Shown piece after piece: positions 9,744-20,259 of a DNA stretch of 31,582 nt. The position numbers and the translations under genes are program-made. The stretch spans positions 1 to 31,582 of the forward strand of contig JAFVUY010000119.1 of assembly GCA_017502465.1 (NCBI GenBank), read 5' to 3'. A model generated the notes under the pieces. It did not search any database and was not told the origin of the DNA. It saw only the letters and a list, made by a program, of their open reading frames with translations. The stretch comes from Bacilli bacterium (GTDB taxonomy: Bacteria; Bacillota_I; Bacilli_A; RFN20; CAG-826). The stretch's first letter is position 1. Each line of letters begins with the position of its first letter.

Positions 9744-10114
9744 TTAATTACCCCCCTATCATATGGGAAGAAGTACATAACAAACACTTCATCCTCTTCG
9801 GTTTTTACCCAAATTTCAATTGCGTTCTCTCCTTCTTCAACGCTTAAAATAGAACCTATATCATGAGCACATCCAATTACTTCTTCTTCAATATTTGGAA
9901 GATTTAGGCCTAAACTACTCTGATAATCAAATAAAGTAAAATATCTTAATTCATGGCAAAGCAACATATAATATCTATTTTTTTGTTCTTCGCAAAAAGC
10001 AAGGATATTTTCTGTCGCTTCATAAAGTTCATTGTCATCAAGAGGTGTTTGCTATTTCATTATATTTTTATTTAAATCATAAAGAGTTAAGCCAGTTTCT
10101 ATTTTATTTTCCAT
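9734..10114 (-). CDS. hypothetical protein (126 codons, 1 in-frame TAG); start overlaps the nrdG stop
   Basis: ORF 9734..9967 extends upstream in frame through TAG to ATG at 10114, which is preceded by AAGGAG. It overlaps the end of nrdG (ATGGAAAATAA). A later in-frame ATG at about 10057 is an alternative start. Confidence 0.4.
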
Positions 10115-10598
10115 TTACAATCTCCTTAGAATAAATAATTCTTTGATTTGAACTACCTCTCATTTGTAGAGTTGTATCTCGCAATTCTTCAATAAAAGGC
10201 CCATCAATCAAACAATCAATATTGGATAAAACATATTTTGTCTTATTATCATATCTTTTAACTAATTCTTCATAAGTATATCCAGTCCAAAGATAAATCT
10301 TTTGATTTGGATATTTTGCTTTTACTTGTTGAATTAGTAAAGTAGTAAGAAAAATATTCCTATCACATAAAGGCTCTCCGCCCATAATACATAGAGTTCT
10401 ATTAACTCCATTTGCGCGAAGACCTCTTATAATATCTTCTAAAACATCATTTGTAAATCGTTGTCCGCCTTCATAATCCCAGGTTTCTGGATTATGACAA
10501 CCTTTACAATGGTGCGGACACCCCTGGGTAAAAAAGGTTAAACAAACACCAGGAGCGGCCGCAGTATCATTATATATAATACCAGAATAACGCATCAT
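10104..10598 (-). CDS. nrdG: anaerobic ribonucleotide reductase activating protein (radical SAM)
   Basis: CPHHCKGC radical-SAM cluster motif. 164 aa. ATGA overlap with the nrdD stop. Confidence 0.85.
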   Translation of the reverse strand: MMRYSGIIYNDTAAAPGVCLTFFTQGCPHHCKGCHNPETWDYEGGQRFTNDVLEDIIRGLRANGVNRTLCIMGGEPLCDRNIFLTTLLIQQVKAKYPNQKIYLWTGYTYEELVKRYDNKTKYVLSNIDCLIDGPFIEELRDTTLQMRGSSNQRIIYSKEIVNGK

Positions 10599-12784
10599 AT
10601 ATGTTTTACTCTCTTTTCAACCTCATCTTGCTTTCCTTTGTTGAAAGCAGTTTTATAATTACCAGTTAAATAACCGGTTACTCTACGTAATTGTTGAATT
10701 TCTTCGCCGCCGCATACAGGGCAAGCATCATTAAATTCATCAGTATATCCGCAAGTTAAGCAAGTGTCATTAGGCACATTAACTGCGAAATAAGGAATAT
10801 CTTTATTCATAGCATAATTAACAATTTGTTCTAACGCATCCAAATTATTTTTAATACCAGTATCTAATTCTACATAAGTAATACAACCAGCAGAACTATA
10901 ACCAGTCAATTGACTTTCAATATCAATCTTATCAAATGGACTCATTTTCTTCCATACAGGAACGTGCATAGAATTAGTAAAAAATTCTTTATCACTAACA
11001 TTTTCAATTACACCATACTTATCTTTGAATTTCTTCATTGCGGTATGGCATAAGTTTTCCGCAGGAGTATAATAAACACCAAAATTTAATTTATATTGGT
11101 CTTTATAAATAGCACACTTTGTTTTAAATAAACCTTCAATTTCTTTTGCAAGAGCCATACCCTTAGGGTCAGTATGGTCGCAACCAATAAGAATTTGAAG
11201 TGCTTCCGCAAGTCCTAATTGACCCATAGCAAGAGTACCATGCTTTAAAGCAGAACGAATTCCTTCTTCTGGAATATATCCAGCCATCAGTCCGTTTTCA
11301 TACATAAATTTAGCAGAATCGGGAGATTGAGAACAAATCCATTCAAATCTTTCAATTAGCATATCCTTAGCATCTTCAATTGCTTTATTTAAAATCTCCA
11401 TAAACTTATCAACAGAGCCTTCTGCTTCCATTGCCAGAGTGGGAAGAATGATGGTTACAGGACAGATATTTCCGCGACCATCTTTACGTTGTCCAAGCCC
11501 ATTAATATCCCAGCCATTTGCGGTGCGACATCCCATTGTGCTGAAATAGGTACAAGGGTCATTGATATCGTAGCCTGCGTTTCCAGACCAGTCTACATTC
11601 GCATAGTTTGGATATAGGCGCTGAGCAGTGGATTTAAGTGCTAGTCTATACAAGTCATAATTGGGGTCTCCTGGTTCACGATTAACTCCTCTCATTAACT
11701 GGAAAATACCGCATGGGAAGATAGAAGTCTTACGCAATTTACCTAAACCTTCAATAGAAACTTCCAGTAGAGCCTTAATAACCATTCTACCTTCTGGTAG
11801 AGTACAAGTACCATAGTTAATAGAAGTAAAGGGAAGTTGGTTGCCAGAGCGGGACTGTAAAGTATTTAAATTGTGATACATACCTTCAACTGCTTGACGT
11901 ACTTCTTTTTCAGTTAAATCCATTGCATATCTGTAAACTTCTTTATTCTGTTCACAATTTGCTTCTCTATCATTAAAAGAAAGTTCTGCTGGCACGATTT
12001 TTGCATACTCTTCATCTTTTAAGATGTATTTAACACCATCTTTAAAGTGCTTGGAAAAACTTTTTCTTACATATGGAACCATAGTCCAGTCTAAATGAGT
12101 AGCACTTACTCCACCAAACTGCTGTAAAGATTGTAATTGGAAAATTACAGCAACTAATTGGAAAGCAGTATTTACAGAGTTCGCGGGACGCACATCGGTT
12201 TGTCTAGTGTTAAAACCATTTGCTAATAAATCATCAAAAGGAACAGATAAACAGTTATGACTGCCGACAGCATAATGGTCTAGGTCATGAATATAGATTC
12301 TATTTCCTAAATGATTTTTACGGGCTTTGTCTGAAACTAAATAGTCCAAAGCATATGTTTTGGTCAAAAGACTTGAAGCCTCGCCTACGCGTCCGCCAAA
12401 AGATGCTTCATCAACATTCGCATTTTGATTTTGAACATTTGAAGCAGAGAGTTTTTCTCCAATAGCCTTAGTGAAATCATCTCTCTTTTCTCTTGCAACT
12501 TCTCTCTTATATCTATGTCTAATATATGCGCGAGCCACATCTTTGCGTTCTGAACGCATTAGGTAGTCTTCAACAGCATCTTGAATTTGTTCTACGGAAG
12601 GAATATGGTCTTTTGCGTGCTTTTGGAAAAATCTAAAATCACTTTCAATATCATGTGCGATATCTCTTGCGGTATCGCTTTCATATAACTATCCATCCAC
12701 ATCAATAAAGGCACTATTGATAGCATGAATAATTTTTGTTTGATCAAAAGGGACAATATCCCCATTTCGTTTTATAACATTCAT
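10595..12784 (-). CDS. nrdD: anaerobic (class III) ribonucleoside-triphosphate reductase with N-terminal ATP-cone; 729 codons, 1 in-frame TAG in the ATP-cone
   Basis: ORF 10595..12559 extends 75 codons upstream through a TAG to ATG at 12784 (GGAGGT RBS). This adds an ATP-cone (MNVIKRNGDIVPFDQTKIIHAINSAF...). The C-terminus carries the Zn ribbon CLTCGY...CPVCGG and the glycyl-radical motif RRVTGYL. Confidence 0.85.
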
Positions 12785-12859
12785 ATCATATACCTCCAAC
12801 CTAAATGTAGTATTTTTTGTTTTCATCAGTACTATATTTAGGTTTTATTTTTATACGAT

Positions 12860-13426
12860 TTACCAATTGTGGCCTTCTATAACCTCAATAACATTATTAA
12901 CCACTTTAGAAACAGCATAATTATTATTATAAACTATCCAAAAATTAAATTTGGGTTCATTGTAAAGGAGACTTTCAAAATCATAGAAATCAGTTTGAAA
13001 ACGACGACAAATTTCAAGAACGTCTGGATTATGTTCTCTTTCCAATTGTCTTATTAGACGCTCTTTATCATCAGTTTCAATTAAAATAGGCAGAACTTTG
13101 ATTTTATCTTTTTTTTCAAGTTTTAAAAGAGAACGAATTCCAGTAGGATTAAACACCCCGATATTAATTTTATCTTCTTTTAAAGCACTCATTTGAGTAC
13201 CATAAAACCATTTTCTAAATTCTGCTGTTTCTAACATTTTTTGATTATGAAATTCTTCTTCTGTTAAGAAATTATAATCAACGCCATCTTTTTCATAATC
13301 TCTGGGTGGGCGAGTGGTACAACTTACAATCCCATGGAATCGTGGGTCATTAAGACCCATGATTCCTTTTTGAATTGTATCCTTGCCCGCTCCGGCTTTA
13401 CCCATTAACGCAACAATTTTATACAT
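12860..13426 (-). CDS. guanylate-kinase-like nucleoside monophosphate kinase
   Basis: P-loop GKAGAGKDT and guanylate kinase signature TTRPPRDYEKDGVDYNFLTEEEF...AEF..YGT. The start overlaps the polymerase stop. Confidence 0.75.
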   Translation of the reverse strand: MYKIVALMGKAGAGKDTIQKGIMGLNDPRFHGIVSCTTRPPRDYEKDGVDYNFLTEEEFHNQKMLETAEFRKWFYGTQMSALKEDKINIGVFNPTGIRSLLKLEKKDKIKVLPILIETDDKERLIRQLEREHNPDVLEICRRFQTDFYDFESLLYNEPKFNFWIVYNNNYAVSKVVNNVIEVIEGHNW

Positions 13427-16400
13427 CTTCTTCTAATTCTCCTTGATATCTAGTGCTTCGCAACTTTATATCACCATTAGGATATACTTCATCAATCTTA
13501 TATAACTGATGCCCGCCAGTTGAATTATACTTCTTCGCAATAAAATTATCTCCATTGCGAATACCCTGGACTACAATCATACTGCCACGATTGAACCAAG
13601 ATTTTTCAACTACATGCTTCACGCCATCTGCTCCTCGTTCAGAAATCTGCTTATCAAACAGAGAGAAATATTCTTTTCTAAATTTAACTTCTACTACGCC
13701 TTCACGAGTTAAAAGAGTTACAGTTCCTTTATCTTTATTCTTCGCAATACAAGTTCCGCAGATTTTATGAAGTTTGAAAAGATTTATAGTTTTACCATTC
13801 TTGGTAAATGCTCTATCTACCATTGGTTCTTCTGGTAAATCAAAGAAATTAGAAAATCCATACTTAGGATAATTTACATTATTCAACTCATGGCTGTGAT
13901 AATAGAAACATAAAACCTCCATTTCCCAAGCAGAAATATTACCGTTTTTGGCATATTTTTTGTAGTTTTCTAAAAAGATTTTTTCATTGAGGGATTGAAG
14001 TATGTCGTTGTGATTTTCTGCTATCCAGTTTCTAAAAACATCCATGTAAATTTGATAAACTTTTTTATCCCATTCTTTGGAAGATATGAAGTTATTTTCT
14101 TTGATTAAATCTTCTCTTTCAATTTCAATTAAGAAATTAATTGCTCGTTCATCTAATCTATATAAGTCATTATTTACTTTACATACAGCCTTTAAATATC
14201 TATTAAATTCATATACTCTACGAGCAAGAACTCTTTCGTCTGTGTCTTCTGGAATAAGACCATACTTCATCATAGTAGGCATATTCTGTAAAGTAATTCT
14301 TTTTTTCTTATCACAAGTTTCCCAAATATACCAACCCATACAGAGTTTTCTATCCATCATTTCATCAAAAGCACCAGCCTTAATTAGAGAAATCATTGCT
14401 TGACGAGTGGGTTTTACTCGGTTCAAGAAATCTCGTGGGGAAACATAAGGACGATTTTCAATAATTGTATTAACCAAATCGTCGCCAATATTCAATAATC
14501 CTTTTAATCCAAAAAGAATTTGATTATTTTCTACATCTGGAACAAATCCAAAAGATGAAGTGTTAATATTTGCTAAACTAACTTTAATACCTGCTTCACG
14601 AATTTCGCCAATTGCCTTTGCAATCTTACCATAATTGGTGCTTTCATCCGCTTCATCTTCTTCGCTTTCAATAGAACCACTATTTATCAGAAGACAAGCA
14701 GTATTCCAATAAATAGGATTGAAGTTAGTTGCCAAATATAATGTTTGCATACCTACAAAGGAATATGCTAATGCGTGAATAATAGAGAATGAATAACCCA
14801 TCTGCGGCCCTGCTCCATATTTCCACACATACTCACCTAATCTTTTTCTCTTTGCTCTATCAAGAACTTGCTGATGAAGTTGAGGGATTTTATCCATCTG
14901 TTTCTTACCTACAATTTTACGAGCATTATTTGCTTCGCCCAAGGTAAATCCGCAGATATTTTCATCCATCAACATACGCATTAACTGTTCCTGACTAGGT
15001 GGAACGCCATAGGAAGAAAGGAAGTAAGGTTCAAGAGTTTTTTGCTCCTCTTTTGTTAAACCAAAGTCATCCATTTCTTTATACCAAAGATTAATATTAT
15101 TCTTAAAACGAACATATTTATCAATTGGCATTTCGCCACCTTTTTCGCCAGTCATCAATCGCATCAAGCCATTTGCGTCGGCCATTTCAAGTGCGGTAGT
15201 AGGCTTAATCTTTTTTGCTGCCTGAGCACCCACGCTACTATCAAACTGGAAACAACTAATAACAGCATTATTAGCCAAAGCATTCCACATTCTTTTATCC
15301 GTTTGAGGAAGAACATTTGGATGCAAATATTTATTATAGACTTCACGCAAACTTAATTCTGGTTCAATGACACCATCTGCTTGTAAAAATTCAATCGTTT
15401 TAATGATAATATCTTGAACCGAAGTTAACAAAAAGTCATACTTAACACTGCCTGCGGCTTCTTGGTCATGAAGGTCCCACTGGGTTACAATTGCTCCGCT
15501 CGGAGTTCTCATAATCGCTGCGGTATCATAAATATTTTCATCAAATAAAATAACACCAGATGCATGGCTGCCTCGTCGGCAAACCAGGCCTTCAATGCCT
15601 CCAATAATTTCAATCAGACCAGGATACTGATTTGCCGCATTAATAAATTGAGTTTGAGGTTTTCTATCCTTTGAAGGATCACCATGAATCAAATCATTTA
15701 AACTCCACAAAAATCCTCTTTCTACTGGAACCAATGAAGATAAATATTGGGCTTCATCAACATCAATTCCATCTGGATATTCATCAGAACGATAACCTCT
15801 ACACGCAGTTAAGATTGCTGATTTAGTTCCTTCTGTGCCGAAAGTACAGACTTGAACCAAACCTAACTCTCCTCGTTCCTCTCTAATCTTTGCGAAAATC
15901 TTTTTAAGTTTTGAAGGAGCAAGGTCAATATCAATATCGCCCAATTCAACTCGTTCATCATTAAGATATCTCCAAAATGGCAAGTCCCATTTAATTGGGT
16001 CCAATTGAGTGATACCAAGAAGATAATGATTCAAACCAGAACAAGCAGAACCTCGTCCCGCACCTACCGTGCTGCCGCACTCCCAGAACAAATCAATATA
16101 GTGTTGAAGTGTATTAGGATATGCAAACATACAGGTTTCAAGTTTTTCACCAATAATTCTTTTTACACGAGCTTCTTCTTCCAGTCTATCAAGATAACGA
16201 GCATCATTAATTAAATCTAAATCTCGTAATTTTTCAAGACATTGATTTACCCAATATCTTTCTTGAATATTGTCAGATACACACAGTTCTTTTAAAACTT
16301 TATGTCTTCTATTTCCTTCACTAAACCATCCTGTTGTTTTAGGATAATTTTTAACTTCTACTTCTGGAATTGACTGATGATATTCAAGACTATAAAATTC

Positions 16401-17288
16401 AATCTGATTTTTCATATTGATACTATTTTCAAAAATCTTATCAATATATTCATCATCAAACGAAAGTCTTAAAATATCTCTACATTCATCGGGAGACATA
16501 AGATAAGTTGTTTCATAGAATGCATCAACTTCTCTTTCACCGCCTTTTGAATTTAGATAAGCCTTATGAACCCATCTATCTTCTGGTCTAGTGTAATGAG
16601 AGTCAGAACCGACACAAACATTCAAATTAAACTTTTCTGCCAATCGGCGAATTCTGTCATTTACTAATTTCTGCTCTCCGCTTTTACCGGGTGCTACTTC
16701 TAGATAAAAGTTTTCTTTGCCGAAAACACTGGTACAATAATCTAAAAAATAAATAATATTGTTATAGTGTTCTTCTGCGTTCTTCCAATCATCTACGTTT
16801 TCGCAATCTTCTAATAGCATAAGTTCACTGCCAAGGAATCCACCCATACAAGCAGTTGTCGCAATCACATGGCCTTTATAATTTTTCATTACACTGGCCA
16901 ATTCATTATAAAGAAGTGGAACTCTTTCCATTCTTCTATCAGTATAAACATTATACCAAGCAATTGAACTTAATTCCTTCAATGCCCGATAACCAATTTT
17001 ATCTTTTGCAATTAAGATAAAGTGATAATACTTTTGACCACTACTTCTATCTTTTGTGAGATAAATTTCATTACCTAATGCAATTGTAAAATCTGGATTT
17101 GTTTCTCTAATTTTCTTCGCATACTTATTTACCTTAATATGAGAAGATAAACACTCATGGTCTGTGATGGCAATGCCACCCAGACCAAGATTAATTGCTG
17201 TATCAATCAGTTTTTCTGGACGATTAATACAATCAAGTAGACGAAGATTTGAATATTCAGTATGTGTATGATTATCAAAAAAAGTCAT
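13419..17288 (-). CDS. dnaE: DNA polymerase III alpha subunit-like replicative polymerase (DnaE-type, N-terminal PHP domain); 1289 aa, no TAG
   Basis: PHP N-terminus MTFFDNHTHTEYSNLRLLD. Palm motif GDIDIDLAP. Large uninterrupted ORF with a TGAGG RBS. Confidence 0.85.
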   Translation of the reverse strand: MTFFDNHTHTEYSNLRLLDCINRPEKLIDTAINLGLGGIAITDHECLSSHIKVNKYAKKIRETNPDFTIALGNEIYLTKDRSSGQKYYHFILIAKDKIGYRALKELSSIAWYNVYTDRRMERVPLLYNELASVMKNYKGHVIATTACMGGFLGSELMLLEDCENVDDWKNAEEHYNNIIYFLDYCTSVFGKENFYLEVAPGKSGEQKLVNDRIRRLAEKFNLNVCVGSDSHYTRPEDRWVHKAYLNSKGGEREVDAFYETTYLMSPDECRDILRLSFDDEYIDKIFENSINMKNQIEFYSLEYHQSIPEVEVKNYPKTTGWFSEGNRRHKVLKELCVSDNIQERYWVNQCLEKLRDLDLINDARYLDRLEEEARVKRIIGEKLETCMFAYPNTLQHYIDLFWECGSTVGAGRGSACSGLNHYLLGITQLDPIKWDLPFWRYLNDERVELGDIDIDLAPSKLKKIFAKIREERGELGLVQVCTFGTEGTKSAILTACRGYRSDEYPDGIDVDEAQYLSSLVPVERGFLWSLNDLIHGDPSKDRKPQTQFINAANQYPGLIEIIGGIEGLVCRRGSHASGVILFDENIYDTAAIMRTPSGAIVTQWDLHDQEAAGSVKYDFLLTSVQDIIIKTIEFLQADGVIEPELSLREVYNKYLHPNVLPQTDKRMWNALANNAVISCFQFDSSVGAQAAKKIKPTTALEMADANGLMRLMTGEKGGEMPIDKYVRFKNNINLWYKEMDDFGLTKEEQKTLEPYFLSSYGVPPSQEQLMRMLMDENICGFTLGEANNARKIVGKKQMDKIPQLHQQVLDRAKRKRLGEYVWKYGAGPQMGYSFSIIHALAYSFVGMQTLYLATNFNPIYWNTACLLINSGSIESEEDEADESTNYGKIAKAIGEIREAGIKVSLANINTSSFGFVPDVENNQILFGLKGLLNIGDDLVNTIIENRPYVSPRDFLNRVKPTRQAMISLIKAGAFDEMMDRKLCMGWYIWETCDKKKRITLQNMPTMMKYGLIPEDTDERVLARRVYEFNRYLKAVCKVNNDLYRLDERAINFLIEIEREDLIKENNFISSKEWDKKVYQIYMDVFRNWIAENHNDILQSLNEKIFLENYKKYAKNGNISAWEMEVLCFYYHSHELNNVNYPKYGFSNFFDLPEEPMVDRAFTKNGKTINLFKLHKICGTCIAKNKDKGTVTLLTREGVVEVKFRKEYFSLFDKQISERGADGVKHVVEKSWFNRGSMIVVQGIRNGDNFIAKKYNSTGGHQLYKIDEVYPNGDIKLRSTRYQGELEEDV

Positions 17289-17321
17289 ACATAAACCTCA
17301 CTTTAATCATTTTATACTAAT

Positions 17322-17350
17322 ATTATAACATATTTTTAGTATAAAGTCAA
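17322..17350 (-). promoter_or_regulatory. sigma-A-like promoter for the polymerase gene (TTGACT-17-TATAAT on the minus strand)
   Basis: Reverse complement of 17322-17350 reads TTGACT, a 17-nt spacer, then TATAAT, about 35 nt upstream of the polymerase ATG. Confidence 0.45.
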
Positions 17351-17351
17351 T

Positions 17352-17525
17352 TTAATTCTCTTCATTCATACCCTTTGCTTCTTCAAGAAGATTTACTGCT
17401 GCTTGAAGTATAAAGGCAGTATTTTCAAAAGAAGTATTTTCTAATAGAACAGCAACGAGTTCTTCTTCAATAAAACGTTCAACCTCATCCAGGTCTACAT
17501 TAATTTCCATATTTTCTTCAAACAT
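17352..17525 (-). CDS. small highly acidic protein (57 aa), possible DNA-mimic-like protein
   Basis: MFEENMEINVDLDEVERFIEEELVAVLLENTSFENTAFILQAAVNLLEEAKGMNEEN. It sits between the helicase stop (TAATG-type overlap) and the polymerase promoter. Below the ORF-track size cutoff. Coordinates may be off by 1. Confidence 0.35.
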   Translation of the reverse strand: MFEENMEINVDLDEVERFIEEELVAVLLENTSFENTAFILQAAVNLLEEAKGMNEEN

Positions 17526-17526
17526 T

Positions 17527-18651
17527 TTATTTCCTCACAATCACAACTTTACTTCTAGCACGAGTAATAGCAGTATATAGCCAGCGTGCGTGTTCTTCAC
17601 CAGTAGGCCATCTTTCTTCAAAAACAAGAACTTTATCCCATTCACTACCTTGTGCTTTATGGGTAGTAATAGCATAAGCATATGAAAAATCATATGGGCC
17701 TTCTCTTTTTCTTTTTCTCAATTGAGCTTGCTGATAACTAGTCAATGCAGGCACAGATTGAGTTAAGTACTTATAGTCAATAGGAATGTAATCAAAAGTA
17801 TCTGTGGGGTCATCATCAATAGAAACGGTTGTATATAAATGAGTAACAGGTTCTTTACAAATCCAAGGAGGAAAATATACATCCTTCTTATCCATATGAG
17901 TAATAGTTCCAATAGAACCATTGGTTAAGTCCCATTCACCTGAATTAGAACAAAATCCCCAGTGATTAGTTAAACCGATGATTTTATCACCGACACAAGG
18001 CTCAAATCCATATCCTTTAATTGCGCGGACAGTGCAATTAATTTCTTTACGTTTAGCATTGGTAGCACAAAGAATTTGGTCTGCCCATGAATACATCCCT
18101 GTATTTAAATCTTTTTCTGAAACAATCATTACTTGTTCATTTTTACAAGGAAAATCTGCTATATCCTTGCCTTCACGCACCCACATAGATAAACGAATAA
18201 TTTCACTATCTTGTGCCTGCCGCATAATCTCATCCAGAAATACGTGCGGATTATCAAGCACATGGTTATCACTATCTTTATCTACTGGGGGTAATTGACC
18301 GGGGTCGCCAGTTGCGAGAATATAAACTCCACGAGTTAGCAGAAGTTCCCACATATCTTTTGGAAGCATAGATACTTCATCTACTACAATGACTTTTAAA
18401 TGTGCGAATTCTGTTTTTGATTTCTTTACAAAAATAAATCCACTACCATCTGATTTTGGACGAGCGTGATAAAGTAATCTATGTGCGGTGGTCGCGTTAG
18501 GACATCCCTTTGCACGTAGAACAGTAGCAGCCTTACCTGTAAAAGCAACATAGCAAACTTCATTATTTTTATCAACACCCAAAGCGTCAATAATAAAGTT
18601 AATTAAAGTTGATTTACCTGTGCCAGCATTTAAGCGTAGCCAGCAATACAA
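17527..18651 (-). CDS. SF1B Dda/RecD-like DNA helicase (main body)
   Basis: Walker A AGTGKST, Walker B VIVVDEVSM, ATGDPGQLPPV, ITTHKAQGSEWDKV, LYTAITRARSKVVIV. The ORF-track start is a TTG, not an ATG. Confidence 0.8.
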   Translation of the reverse strand: MYCWLRLNAGTGKSTLINFIIDALGVDKNNEVCYVAFTGKAATVLRAKGCPNATTAHRLLYHARPKSDGSGFIFVKKSKTEFAHLKVIVVDEVSMLPKDMWELLLTRGVYILATGDPGQLPPVDKDSDNHVLDNPHVFLDEIMRQAQDSEIIRLSMWVREGKDIADFPCKNEQVMIVSEKDLNTGMYSWADQILCATNAKRKEINCTVRAIKGYGFEPCVGDKIIGLTNHWGFCSNSGEWDLTNGSIGTITHMDKKDVYFPPWICKEPVTHLYTTVSIDDDPTDTFDYIPIDYKYLTQSVPALTSYQQAQLRKRKREGPYDFSYAYAITTHKAQGSEWDKVLVFEERWPTGEEHARWLYTAITRARSKVVIVRK

Positions 18652-18722
18652 GTATAAGGTTTTCTTTCCTTGTATCTGGCTACGGCAATTTTCAATCCTT
18701 CTTCTTGCTTTTTAGTTAGCAT
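18630..18722 (-). CDS. N-terminal 30 codons of the Dda/RecD-like helicase in the -1 frame relative to 17527..18651 (frameshift, split gene or indel)
   Basis: ATG at 18722 (overlapping the HNH stop) encodes MLTKKQEEGLKIAVARYKERKPYTCIAGYA, then TAA. The Dda-like N-terminal consensus (LTEGQKNAF..I..AIKEKK..VTINGPAGTGKTT) spans this segment plus the AGTGKST of the downstream frame. Confidence 0.4.
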   Translation of the reverse strand: MLTKKQEEGLKIAVARYKERKPYTCIAGYA

Positions 18723-19233
18723 CAAGATTTACTTCCTCACTTTCTTCAAAATTTAAATCTTCAATATTCCATAAATTATCATGTAATTCTTTATGACAAT
18801 TTGAACAAATTAAAATACATTTTTTACTTTCTTCTATTGCATCTAATAATTTAAAATGGTCATTGCTTATAGTAAAATCTTTCTAAGAAGGGTCTATGTG
18901 ATGGAACTCTAATGCTTTTATGCATTTATTATAACCACATCTAACACATCTTCCGCCTCGCTGTTCTTTTATTTTTGCTAAAAACATTCCGCGAGTAAGT
19001 TGAATACCATTTGGCATACAGTCATAGCAACAAATTCGCTAACTTGCGGCGGCGCTTTTTGGAGTAAATGTTTTTCCACAAATAGGACATACTTTTTCAG
19101 AAATACCTCTTATACGACCTTTTTCAGCATATTTTTTTCTACGCGAAGCGTTTAAACATTCATTGCTACAATACTTTTTTGTAGATTTTTGTGCTTCAAA
19201 TTCTTTTCCACATATTATACATTTTACTATCAT
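18712..19233 (-). CDS. HNH endonuclease with N-terminal zinc ribbons, 173 codons, 2 in-frame TAG
   Basis: ORF 19039..19233 ends in TAG and continues in frame to TAA at 18714-18712. The continuation encodes GGRCVRCGYNKCIKALEFHHIDPS-TAG-KDF...CILICSNCHKELH (HNH core). The N-terminus has CIICGK...CSNEC and CPICGK CxxC pairs. AAGGAG RBS. Confidence 0.7.
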
Positions 19234-19341
19234 ATTTTATTTTTCTCCTTATAAAAATATTTTCTATATTATTTAAAAAATATCTTTATAATATTCGCCA
19301 GTTATACCCAAAGTTTTTTTCTAACGATATAACCGGCGAAA

Positions 19342-19584
19342 TTAATCATGTTCTCCAATTAAATCATGAAGGATATTATAAAATCGCATTTTATCTCGTT
19401 CTGCCAATTTATAAGCATTTTCAGGGTCTTTATGTTTATAACGAATTTCGTATTCAGCCTGTGCGTCACGAGCAATATTATATCTTAAACACAAACTATC
19501 ATACCCATAGCCTTTAACTTTCTTTTCAATATCTTTAAACATATATGTTAAATCATATTCTTTAATTTTTTCTGTTCTTATCAT
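19342..19584 (-). CDS. hypothetical protein (80 aa)
   Basis: Intact ORF, TAA stop, no TAG. Confidence 0.45.
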   Translation of the reverse strand: MIRTEKIKEYDLTYMFKDIEKKVKGYGYDSLCLRYNIARDAQAEYEIRYKHKDPENAYKLAERDKMRFYNILHDLIGEHD

Positions 19585-19587
19585 AAT

Positions 19588-20226
19588 TTAATATTCCTTA
19601 CTTCTTTTAATCCATCTTAAAATAGGTTCATTTTCATTATTCTTTTTATCCCATACCAGCCAGCAATATGCTTGTGCGGAACTACCCTGAGGACGATTTC
19701 CATTATGCCAGCATTGGATACGATTAACATATTGATAAATATAAGTAGGAGGATTATCTACAAAAATATTTTTATATCTACCTTCCCCTTCAAGAACCTG
19801 AGTCCGACATAAAACGACCAAATGTTCTTGGGCTATTTCCAAAGCCCGAATTAAAAAAGGTTCTAATGTAGAATAAGGTGGATTCATAATAACAATATCA
19901 GTAGATGAAATGGGGTAGTCGTCACTAAGAAAATCTAAATTATATTGAATATTACAATTAATATTATTATATCCTCTATCCTTAAAATCAGTTCCGATTA
20001 AAGTTGGAGACATATTTTGTTCTTTACAATATTCAATAATACCCTCTAACATATGGCCTCCGCCAATACAAGGTTCAAGTATTGTTTTATTATGTAAATC
20101 AATACTTAATGTATTCAAAATATTTTTAACCTCGCAAGACGGAGTGGCATAATAATCTAATTCCGCTCTTTCTTTTGAATTTTTCTTATATCCACTATAT
20201 AAACCATTTTTTGTATATTGTCCCAT
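19588..20226 (-). CDS. N6-adenine DNA methyltransferase (orphan; motif I then NPPY)
   Basis: DYYATP, ILEPCIGGGHML (AdoMet motif I), IVIMNPPY (motif IV). No adjacent restriction gene. Confidence 0.75.
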   Translation of the reverse strand: MGQYTKNGLYSGYKKNSKERAELDYYATPSCEVKNILNTLSIDLHNKTILEPCIGGGHMLEGIIEYCKEQNMSPTLIGTDFKDRGYNNINCNIQYNLDFLSDDYPISSTDIVIMNPPYSTLEPFLIRALEIAQEHLVVLCRTQVLEGEGRYKNIFVDNPPTYIYQYVNRIQCWHNGNRPQGSSAQAYCWLVWDKKNNENEPILRWIKRSKEY

Positions 20227-20259
20227 AATTCATTAAACTCCATTAGTTTTAAAATTTTT

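Noticed and set aside
10595-17288. Group I introns or inteins in nrdD, thyA, the polymerase or dnaB
   Set aside because: These genes are single uninterrupted frames with contiguous conserved motifs and ordinary lengths. The homing endonucleases present are free-standing.
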